Shown: in pieces, positions 22,401-33,800 of the stretch | Numbering within the stretch: the first letter of the stretch is position 1 | Layout of the letters: each line of letters begins with the position of its first letter | Assembly: GCA_900617105.1 (NCBI GenBank) | Contig: UYFQ01000340.1 | Location: forward strand, 1-64,000 | Direction: 5' to 3' | DNA from: Hydrurus foetidus | Taxonomy: Eukaryota | Length of the DNA: 64,000 nt | Translations under genes and position numbers: made by a program | The notes under the pieces: model-generated | Seen by the model: only the letters and a program-made list of their open reading frames with translations | Databases searched by the model: none | Told to the model about the DNA's origin: nothing

Positions 22401-25400
22401 AAGAGTACCCATATAAGAAGAGCGTTTTGCTTGGTCAATCTTCTTCGAAGAGCAACGTCTCCTGTGTCCATTCAATGTCGACATGTAACGATACCCAAAA
22501 GGATATTGAGGGAGTAGCTACCCAAAATTCCTGTGGTGATGTAAGTTGTGAGCGACTGAATAGTGTCACTCCTATTCTCGCAAAACGTACGGGTGATACA
22601 CCGCACCTAGGTGGCGACCAGATTCCCACCCTTACACATACCTTTGGGGATTCTGATACCCCCGACTATGTCACTGAGCCTTTATGGCCCAGTGGTGTCG
22701 CACTCTCAGTTGACGAGATTGACGATGGCAAGATAGACACGTTCGCACCCTTCTTAGCTGAAAAACCTAGTCAAGATGACTCGCCCAAGGGGCCAGAGGA
22801 TTTCTTCAAGGAGATTACCTTTGAGGGAGATGAAAGCTTTCAGAGGAAGCTCCGAGAGCTCTGTTCTGAATATTCAGACATTTTTAGTGTTAGCTGAGAA
22901 ACCAGCGTCACTCAAACCTTTGAGATTAACATCCCACTTGAGTTGTGGGAAAAAAGACGAAAACCGTACGCCGGTACGTCCCCAGTCATCGACAGTAGAG
23001 GTTGCTCTTAAGGAGAATCTCGATGAGATGCTTGCGTCGGGAGTTACTGCTTATTACAGTCATCCTGTAATAGTAACTAAGTCACCCGGTAAATTTTGAA
23101 CCTGCATCGATTACCGGCAACTTAATAAGTGCCTGACTCCCGCCTCTTTTCCCCTGCCGAATATCAAACACCTTTTTGAGAGGATCGGTAATAAAAAACC
23201 GGATATTTTTGGTGTGATGGATTTAACCGCGGGTTACCATCAGGCACCGTTACACCCCTCACATCGCATTTTTACAGCATTCATATGCTTTGCGGGGGTC
23301 CGTGTCGTGCCCCCTCTTACTTTCAAGAGCAGATGGTAACGGCGGACCTCTATGGCCTTATCTATCATTGTTGCGAGATGTGCCTCGACGATTGTATAGT
23401 ATATAGCAAGGGTGAAGCGGAGTTTCTTAAAAACTTGAATAAAGTTTTTGCAAGATTCAGACTTAAGGGTCTTAGACTCAAAGCCAAAAAGTGCCGTTTC
23501 GGCCTCCCTTGTACTGAATACGTGGGCAGAGTGGTTGACAAAGATGGTTTATCCATGTCAAAAGAGAAAATAGAAACAGTGCTAAACTTTTCTATGCCTA
23601 AAAACTTAATACTGTTAAGATCATTCTTAGGACTGGCAAACTATTTTCGACAGTTTGTACCAATGCATTCTTCTTTGGTTAAACCAATGCAAGATATGAT
23701 AGATCATTCTGCACCGAAACGTTCGGCCGTTGTATGGACTCAAGCGAGTACCAACAGCTTTCACGACACACAGATTGTTATATCTCGTTGTCCATTAATG
23801 TACTTCATTGATGACAATAAACTGGATATACGGTTACATAGAGACGCGTCTGATTTTGGAATCGGCGGTGTTCTTTTGGCAACCGATTGGCAACCGATTG
23901 CTTTCAGAAGCAAATCATTGACACCAACACAAATAAGGTGGTCAACTATACAGCGTATGCTATATTCTATTGTTGTACACAACTCGATTATTTAATCAGA
24001 GATCGTACGTTCACAATCTATACGGATCATCTGAACATCACGTAAATGAAACATAACCCTACCTCAATGGTAGCGAGATGGTTCATTGCAATGGAAGAAC
24101 TTCATTCTACGGTTGTCTTCGTACCTGGCACGTCAAATGCCTTAGCCGACGCACTGTCGCGATTATGTCCTAACCTGGCAGAAATTGCGTTACCCAACTT
24201 CGTCTTCGTCGTTCACTGTATCAGCTTTAACGGCTATTGACCCAGCGTCAGACGATCAATTAGAATACATCCAAATGTGCCACAATGCATTTGTTGGTCA
24301 CAATGGTGTAGATCGTACCCTTACTCGGTTGTTTAGTTTACAACAAGTATGGAAAAACATGAAACAACATGTACGTACGTTCATACAGAACTGTCCGTGT
24401 TATCAAAAGTTGAGTGCAAAAGATCCTAAGATCAATGCTTCTCACTTTGCAACGTCGAATTATGCTATCTTTGATACGCTGAATGTTGACTATATAGATC
24501 CATTCCCAGATAAAGGGTATATCCTTGTTATTATTGACACGTTCACACGGTGGACAGAACTATTTTGGTGTGCAAATGCAGACGCAAAATCAGCGGCCGA
24601 CTACTTGCTCTCTCATTTTGGCCGTTTCGGCTCGCCAAATATGATAAGATCGGATCGAGGATCCCATTTCGCAAATGATTTAATAAAAGATTTCTTAGAT
24701 CTTTGTGGTACGCCACATAATTTAACCCTCGCATACTCGAAACAAGAGAATGCGATTGTTGAGAGAGTCAACAAAGAGGTAAATAAACACCTACGAGGTC
24801 TTGTTTTTGATAAACAGACCCTAGAGGGATATGCTAAGTCAATCCCGTTTGTGCAACGCATCATTAACAGTTCAGTTAATAGACGCACTAAAGTTGCGCC
24901 CGCACATTTACTGTTCGGAATCAAGCTTGATTTGAATCGTGGTATTTTAACACCACACTTAAGTGTGAGTACACATTCTAGATCAACATACATTGAAGAC
25001 TTGATCAGTGTTCAGGACAAGGTCCTTGATTCAGCTGTTCAAGCTTTAATGCCAGCAGACGCTAAACACGCGGCATCAGCTAAGTGTGCGACCGTGTTCC
25101 CTATAGGGACATATGTTTTATGTCGTTACACTGATCGACCGCCAACTCGGTAACACACTACGTGGCATGGCCCGTACCGTGTCATCTCTTATAAAGGATC
25201 CGAGTACATCATCGCAAACCTTGTTACACACAAAGAACGAAGTGTACATATTAAAAATTAAAAAAAATTTAATTATGGTTCAGAGGTAGATGTACCTGCT
25301 GACACTGCTCTTCGTGACTACATGGAATTTGTAGTGGAAAAGGTTCTTAATCACTCCGGTGACACAAAGAAACCAACAGCAATGTCATTGCAAGTCAAAT

Positions 25401-26079
25401 GGCTTAATTATGATGACACTCATAATTCATGGGAGCCGTGGAAAAACCTACGGCTTTGTGAAGCACTCCATGAATACTTGAGGGACAATAAAATGAAGCA
25501 TTTCATCCCCAAGAATCTTGAGGCATCAGTCTAAGAAGACTGATCTCGAACGTATTATCTTTTGAAGATTTTTCCTAATTTTCCCTCGATGGAGGTTTTA
25601 TGGTTTTAGTCAGTAAAAATCTGATATAACTACGTATCGAGGCCTCGTGCACATGTACTTACGTACTAGGCACCCACTTTTTCTCTTTGACCGACCCACC
25701 ACGATATTTATTTTGTATAGATTTTTATTCTATTTTTATTTTCGTATAAATTTTTCTTTTTAATCTTCCTCATTCCTTTCTGTAGTTATATTAGTTATAT
25801 ATATTTTTGTACAAAAACGTGGTGGTCGCGTGATAGATTAGTTTTCTTCGGAAAAAGAGATAAGTGGGGGAAATGTGGTCGTACTGGGTATATCGGGCCT
25901 ACGGGCCGTACCGAACCTCGTCACGATCCACCCGATCCTTCCGCCTACAGTACACATACATCTCTAGCACACTGCTAGCTAGCTGCAGCCGACTCGTAGA
26001 AGTTAACCTAGCTTCTAGCATAGCCTGTAACTAACTATCACCTACCACTCTATCAACCTTCTCTTCCATCCGGACTACA
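19440..26079 (+). mobile_element. Full-length decayed Ty3/Gypsy chromovirus-type LTR retrotransposon with 206-bp LTRs (19440-19645; 25874-26079)
   Basis: LTRs TGTGGTC...GACTACA, about 9 differences in 206 bp by eye. 4-bp TSD CTTG (19436-19439; 26080-26083). PPT AAAAAGAGATAAGTGGGGGAAA before the 3' LTR. Domain order gag-PR-RT-RH-IN-chromo. Confidence 0.95.
20178..25534 (+). pseudogene. gag-pol polyprotein with multiple frameshifts and stops
   Basis: Zinc knuckle CRSCGSKSHMLGEC; G/N/Q-rich linker; protease LDTANY..FIS; RT CIDYRQLN, MDLTAGYHQ, CLDD; LRSFLGLANYFR; RNase H DASDFGIGGVL; integrase H..GH..C, VDY, SDRGSHF, ENAIVERVN; GPYRV; chromodomain VEKVLNH...VKWLNYDDTHNSWEP. Confidence 0.93.
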
Positions 26080-27594
26080 CTTGACGCTGGTTGGATCGAT
26101 ATGAACCATCCGAGGTGTTGGAGTAATTCCCAGAACCATGGCTGTTCTTGGCGCGCTTGTTGTCGTGACACATCAAGTAAGGTTTAGAACCTCTGGGGTA
26201 GTACTGAACTCGTTCCTTGTATCCTGGAAGGACGAGGTTGAGTTGCCATTCAGTATACCCCACCGCGGTCTAAGCCATCACCACTGTAGAACTCTCCCAC
26301 TCAACCTGATGATCAGTGTTGGAGTCAGAGTAGTACAGGACGGGACAGTCTGCCAACACGTGCGACTTAGACCCGCACGACCCGCACGGTAAAAATATCG
26401 ATACGAGCGGTACTTCTGCGGAAGCACGGACAGAGAGTCCGTGCTGCGTCGGTACGTACGAGCTAAGGGTACGCACTGTCGCAGTGACTGACTTCGACGA
26501 AGCGGAGGGTGTAGGTGAGGGTGCTTTAGCACTCGCTCTGCTCGTTTCCTTCTTACCAACGTCTGGTGGAACTGCTGAGGCAGGAAACGAGTACACCGTC
26601 TCCGGGTTGCCATAGCTTTTGATGAGATTCATCATTGCTCTAGCCTCGGCAAAAACCTGACCAATGCGTAGCATAGTCAAATACGACGTATGAGGTGGGG
26701 TATTGTCAGCAGCTTTCGCTTTCAGAAAGTCTTGTTGAATTTGACTACCCTTAGCTAGGCGCTTCTCCAATATCAGGATGAGCTCAGCATGCTGAGTCTC
26801 TGATAATGGTCCCTTAGACCTCTCATAATTGCTCACAAGTTCATTGTAACGGACGGATGTGGCATTCTCATGACCGTGGTTAGCGATCTGATAATGGAAG
26901 GGAACTTGGCTAAAGCTCTCTGTCAAAGTACATTCTCCTAAACCATTTGGAGAAAAGTACTTTATTATCAGTTTGGCTACCTGAAGTACCGTCAATTTAG
27001 TCTGCCAATCATGGCGTTGTCGTCTATCGATGATGTTAAATTCAGGATCGATCATGATCCTGAAATTAAGCAATTCGATTGCCTGCTTCTGCATGCAATC
27101 AGTTAGCTTCATCAACGGGTACCTCTGAGCCTGTTCGTAAAACTCAGTCGCATCGGCTTCATCAATGAAGTCATGCCTGAGAACGAACACCTCATCCTGG
27201 AGTTGCATTGTCGACGGAAACGCTGGGAACAGCGAGTTCGACATTGAGATGGTCGACTCGTTGAGCGCGGCTAAAGCTGCCAGACGTGCAATCTCCTCCT
27301 CTTCAGGAGATGGATCAGGGATAGGGATAAGTGGTGATGACATTTCGAATCACTAATCGATATAAATCTCACTTAAACTTGGTGGAGATTGATAACCCTT
27401 GCTCAGAAAAAAAATCCAGAGCTTCGCCGCGTTCACTAACGGGTACTTTACGTTAGTAACAACGAGTGGAGGTATTCTAACCAACTCTTGAACTGAAAAA
27501 TTCTACGGCATAAAAGCTTAATTTAGAGTGGGAGAAAAAGTGATATACCTCTAAGGTATAAGATGTTGCTCAACGTCGACCAAAAGAAGTCTAC

Positions 27595-28030
27595 AGACTA
27601 CTTAGTCAGTAAGAATCTGACATAATCATTCACGGGTAGCCCACACCTCACCTTCTTTTTCGATATACTGTTACATTTCATATTTTACTTCAACTTCACT
27701 TCCTGTTGAAGCGCTAGACTAGTTTCAACGAAATTTATTTTTGATATCCTTTATTTCGTAGCGTTAGTCTAGATGCTCTTCTTAAAAGCGCTAGACCAGT
27801 CAAACACTTGCGCGAAATCTTTTTTGAAATAAGTAGGGGTAGTGTGGTCGTCTGGGGGGCCTTGGTACCAGTTCCGACCTAGACCACCCAGATTCCGTAG
27901 GCCTCTTGGGAGGCTTCTAGGTTAGTCACATACACTAATCCTACACCTTCTCCGCTCATTTTCATAGTAAGCTAACCAGCATTCTCCCTCGCACCATCTT
28001 TAGCCTAGATTTCTTCTAGTCCACACTACA
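27595..28030 (+). mobile_element. 3' UTR + PPT + 188-bp LTR (27843-28030) of another Gypsy lineage, inside the leader of the minus-strand element
   Basis: Carries the conserved 3' UTR hairpin (27602-27625). PPT-like GAAATAAGTAGGGGTAG then TGTGGT...ACTACA. Homology to the host leader resumes right after 28030. Left boundary approximate. Confidence 0.72.
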
Positions 28031-28371
28031 ATCGTCTGAGCCAATGGCTCCAGAAGATTTCGGCTGGAGAGTCGACGAGCAGTTGCTCAGAGGTCTTATC
28101 TACAGCTTAGGACATATAGAAGGACTGAGAGGTAGAAGAGAAAAGATTGGACGAATAGCGCTATTGTAGTCCGGATGGAGAAGAAGGTCGATAGATGAGT
28201 AGGCGGTAGTTAGGTTACAGGCTATGCTAGAAGCTAGGTTAACTTCTACGAGTCGGCTGCAGCTAGCTAGTGCTGTGCTAGAGATGTATGTGTACAGTAG
28301 GCGGTAGGATCGGATGGATCGGGACGAGGTCTGGTACGGCCCGTAGACCCGGTATACCCGGTCCGATCACA

Positions 28372-28651
28372 GTTAGTTGTATTTTGATAATGAATCTTGT
28401 TCGTTAGTACACCCCTTTAGGGTGAGAGGGGCTCTGTGACCCACACACCCGTACGGGCTATACGGGTACAGGCATACGTACGAATCGGATCGAGGACGAT
28501 CCGCTCCATCCGATTCATTGCCATAATATCTGCTGTGTTTATCTGTAAGCTAACCACACTGCTATCCATAGTACGAGCTCCAGCACGCCTTCCCTTTGGC
28601 CCCGTCCTCGCAGCCCTCTGTCCCGTTGCCCCGAGTCCTAGTGAGGCCACA
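28372..28651 (+). mobile_element. Probable further 3' LTR remnant (28435-28651, 217 bp) with purine tract
   Basis: AGGGTGAGAGGGG then TGTGAC...GGCCACA (TG...CA with short terminal inverted repeat), same size class as the other LTRs. No partner LTR seen. Confidence 0.5.
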
Positions 28652-29180
28652 AAGTGAGGAGTTCGTGATGCAAAATTACTCTCAGCAGCGATGAGCGGCG
28701 TTGCTTGAGATGCAACGGAATTGAAAAAGAATCGATCCGTAATTCAAATTTTTGTTTGAAGATCAACCGTAAAAACTACGGTTTTTATGAAACCGCTCTC
28801 ACATCATGCATGTGTCACTTCGATGTTGTCTCCTCTCGGTTATGTCATTTTCTTCAAACTGAAAATGATCGCTTCTCGCTAATTTGCTGAGATAACTTGA
28901 GAAGAAAAAACGAGGCCTACAATGGAAAAGAGATTTTGAGTATTTGTGCATCTTTTGCTTCGGAAATGAGATTTAATTTAGTCCTCAACAAAGACACAAG
29001 CTTCAGTTGAACAATTTTGGCTGTTCAGCTCGGAATAACTGGAAGGATTGACAGCTGTCAAATCAGGAGGATCACTGAGAAAAAAATTCACTGAATGTTG
29101 CGTACTGTAGTAACATGAGAGAAGAGCATTCGCTGATGCTGCTGTTATAATTTTGACAACTGCCGACAGAAACGCCGAGT

Positions 29181-30759
29181 ATGAAAGGCCTCACATCACA
29201 GCTGGTGTTCCTGGCAATATGCAGCGCGATTTCCACAGTTTGTCTAGCGCAAACTCCTGCTCCAATTTCTACCCCTACTACTGGTCCAACCTTTCAGCCT
29301 ACCTGTAATCCCACCCAATCCTGGTCTCCATCAGTCAGTCCAACGATGTCACCATCTGATACACCAACTATGACACCATCGAGTATACCAACGATAACAC
29401 CATCTGATACACCAACGATGACACCATCGAGTATACCAACGATGACACCATCTGATACACCAACGATGACACCATCGAGTATACCAACGATAACACCATC
29501 GAGTATACCAACGATAATACCATCTGATACACCAACTATGACACCATCTGATGCACCAACAATAATACCATCTGATACACCAACGATGACACCATCTAAT
29601 ATACCAACAATGACACCATCTGATACACCAACAATGACACCATCTAATATACCAACTATGACAACATCTGATATACCAACTATGACACCATCTGATACAC
29701 CAACTATGGCGCCATCTCTCACTCCCACATTGAGTCCATCAGATAAACCTTGTAGTGTCTGTGCTTCTGGTCAATTCTACAGCAGCCGATTACTATCTGG
29801 TTCAATGAATACTGCTATAGGATGCACGTCATGTCTGCCTGGATATATTTGTCCTGGTAGATGTGCTGATCCGAGTCCATGTGGTGTCGGTCTATACAGT
29901 AGTCAATACGGTGCAATCACGTGTACAAGCTGTACGGTTGGCACATACAATGTACTTACTGCTGCTACAAATTGTGTGACGTGTCCTGCTGGCTATTCAT
30001 GCAGTTCTACTACCGCAGGTAAGAAATAAGAATTATACAATCTGTGGTTTGGAATTGTATTTGACATTTATGTGTATATTTAGTCACATGGTTAGTTTTC
30101 GAATATAATCCTTCCGATTATAACACATATGAACGATGCGGAAACACAACATCCTGATGATTCGTGATCGTAGTTTAGCTGATTATATTGCGTTAGTAAA
30201 TACAGCATACATAATTTTGCAACGTCAAAACAGAGAACCTGAACAGCTTCAATTACAATTCACATTACAAGAACAGATTACAATTCAGAATTGTAATCTG
30301 TACGAGTATTTGTTTTGATTAGATTTTATTTTTTCTTATTTCGTTTTTTATAATTTGTGCACTCAATATTTTTCTTATGTCACCAAATTATTATATTTTT
30401 GATATTACTGTTTCTTAATTTTTTATCTAATTGTAGAAAGACAGTATGTCATCCACTTATGTTAGATACTGTTCTGTTTTATTTCACTACATTCCTATCG
30501 ATTTATCACTGATTATCAAATATACTTTTGTTCATTTAATTTGCTGTTATTTCAGAACCCGTACCATGCGGTCTTGGTTATTATTCATCTGAAGGGAGTT
30601 CGAGTTGCATTAATTGTCCCCCTGGATATGCGTGTACTTCGTCCGTTACAGCACTGGCAGTTTTATGTCCAAGTGGATACTATTCTACAGGTGAGGAAAT
30701 ACTGAAAAATGTTGTTTTTTGTTTTTTGTTTATTTATTTACTTGTTTATTTATTTATTT

Positions 30760-30790
<31 letters not shown>

Positions 30791-30796
30791 ATTAAT

Positions 30797-30883
<87 letters not shown>

Positions 30884-33800
30884 TTCATTTACGATAATTT
30901 GACTTGTATTATGTACAATAATTTTCGTTATCTTCACAGTTGTGACATCTGAAACCTTCTTTTATATTTCAGGGAGTCAATCTGTATGCACGAAATGTCC
31001 TGTAGGTCATCAATGCCCCTCAACCACTCAATCGACAGAGCAAGTATGTACAACCGGCACGTACAGTACAGGCGGGCAGAGCGTATGTACATCTTGCCCG
31101 GCCGGAAAAGCTTGCGATATCGCCGGTATGATTCGGTATTATTTATGATTTTATAGATGCTGTAAAGCCACGCAGGAAGTGATTCAAAGTGAAAAGATCC
31201 ATGTGAAAAGATCCATGTTATATTAGTTAACACTCTTAATTGATTTTTGTTCCGAGTATCAGATGCTAAACAATATTATCTTTGGTTAAATTCAATTTTT
31301 TCGACATGTAAATGATCCATTTAAATTTTGTTATTAAGTGCATTAACGCTAGTAAAATTTTTGCTTCTATGAAGGTTAAGGTAATTTCGTTCAAAATCTA
31401 CATGTTTATTATTTTATTATTCATCAGGAAATATGGTAACGTGCAGTGAAGGGCAATACTCGTTGTACGGTACTGGTGTATGTACGACATGCAAGGCTGG
31501 TACTTACTGTCCGAGCACGACTTTAGGTATGCGTGTATTACTTAATGGTATTTATTTGGTATTTTATGTCTTTTTTTTTATAGTCTGTATCTGTGTGTGT
31601 GCATGTTTAGCTTTTGATTTATCTCACATCTGTAGAAAATGTTATTTCCATCAGTAAGCAGAATCGTTTTATGCAATTTTTATGTTGACATTTCATGTGC
31701 TACCATCACAGCAAATATAGAAACTTAATTCATGTTATTGGCAGTTGTCAACATTCTTTTCTCAAAATTCATTCATCGAGTTATTTCATTATTGGTGCTT
31801 TCATCTCAAGTTAGGTACGGTAGTGTCGTGTGCGGAAGGTACGTACAGTACGATGGGGAACTCGTTCTGCACAGCGTGTCCCTCAGGCAAGTAATTATGT
31901 CCAAAAATTGTCAGGGAGACTTCGTGAAGTATCAATCTAGGTTCATTTCTGTCTGAAATTTGGTTGATCAGCTTTGATTAAATGTGTTTAATCGGCTACT
32001 AAATGAGTTTCATTTTTGCATTTTGTAATTCAGTACTTTTTTTAGTATCATCTTTTTTCTCTTCACCCTATCTTACATTCTTGCCCTGCACTGACCTAGC
32101 ATTAAAACGCTCATCTTAAATTCGTAGATGAGAGTATTTTGATTACTTTTTATTTTTATTCTAACTATATTTTCGTGCTTTCATTATTGTTCCTCAAATA
32201 ACATTTTTAAATCCCATTTACCCCAGGTTATTCTTGTCCCTCGATATCTCGAAACACAACAGTACCGTGCACATCCGGTACGTACAGTACGGGATCGCAA
32301 TCATCGTGTACGTCGTGTCCTCCAGGGATGTACTGTACTTCAACGTACACAGACACCGCACAGCCCTGTCCTTCTGGGACGTATTCAACCGGAGGGTTGG
32401 CCGTGTGTACAATATGTCCGGCCGGATCGCAGTGCAGGTAAAATGCAAACTAACCTTTCTGAACATTACCTATGTGAGACACTGACTCACTTAATTCACA
32501 TTTACTGCGAGTTCTGATACCCTTTTCTCTTTCTCGTAACACTCCATACATTCCTCTTCCTACATCACTCCCTCTTCCTCTTCCTCCTCTCACTTCTAGA
32601 CTCTTCCTAACAATCTTCTTCCCCCTACTATGTTCACCCTTCAATGCCCCTAGTTTTCAAACAGTGCTTCCCTCTGTCTGTGGGGTCGGTACGTACAGTG
32701 TGTCCGGTCAGAGTACGTGCACATTAGCCACTGCTGGATATTACGTGTCCACTGTACGGGCAGTCGCTCAAGTGCAATGCGGCATAGGATACTACAGCAC
32801 TCATGGTACACTGATCTCATAACAGTGAAATTTATTTCCCTGTTTTTTACTGTGGATTTTGTAGTATTCCATATTTTTTTGTCGCAATTTTTATACCCGT
32901 TGATTTGATTTAAAAAAAAGTTGTATTTGCTTCTATTCCGTATATACAGTACTCCACTCATTCACTCATTCATTTACAAAATCATTTTAATATTTACACA
33001 TGTACTCCATTTTCTCCAGGATCATTTTCTTGCACTCTGTGTGACCCGGGGTACATGTGTCGGGCCGGATCCGTTTCGTCGTCGCCCCTCGGGGATGCGT
33101 GTGTCATAGGGGGGTACTGCAATCCTCCCACTGTATACACACCCTGTCCACCAGGTACGTACGTACGTGTTTTCTTACGAATTTGTGTCTGTACGTACGT
33201 GTGTCTGTGCATATATACATACGTATGTGTGTCTGTATGCACGAGTCTGTGTATATACATACGTATACTTGCATATGTGGATGTGCCTATGTTTGTGTGT
33301 GTGGTGTGTATTTGTATACTGTCATGTCAAAGAGGTTTTTCTTGTAATGTATTGTTGTAATGTATTGTTGTAATGTATTGTTGTAATGTAGTGTTGTAAT
33401 GTATTGTTGTAATGTATTGTTGTAATGTATTGTTGTAATGCATTGTTGTAATGTATTGTTGTAGTGCATTTATTTATAGCTTCACTACGCACACACTAAC
33501 ACTCATATTCGAATAATTCAATCACACATCACACCATACTATACCGTAACTACAGGACAGTAGGCATGGAATGGAGGAGGAATGGTGGAAAGGATGGGAG
33601 GATTGGAGTGGAATGGAGGAATGGAATGGAATGGAATGGAATGGAATGGAATGGAATGGAATGGAATGGAATGGAATGGAATGGAATGGAATGGAATGGA
33701 ATGGAATGGAATGGAATGGAAGGGGAATGGAATGGAATGGAATGGAATGGAAGGGGAGGAAGGAATGGTGAATGGTGATTATTGATACATGGTGGTTTTT

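Larger units (their letters stand above)
18469..28371 (-). mobile_element. Related Gypsy element on the minus strand (5' LTR 28371-28165, leader, gag 27343-26080, continuing at 19439 into gag C-terminus and protease), interrupted by the 19440-26079 element and truncated downstream
   Basis: LTR is a diverged reverse-complement copy of the 206-bp LTR. Gag aligns with 20178-21400. Removing the insert and one TSD restores ...SNQRQ-GGNSQNQSNYGN. TAG at 26270 sits where the other copy has Trp. Confidence 0.88.

Noticed and set aside
33618..33752. (GGAAT)n as human satellite III contamination or a centromere
   Set aside because: Short, and one of many different pentamer tracts in this gene's introns; a misjoin here is treated separately.
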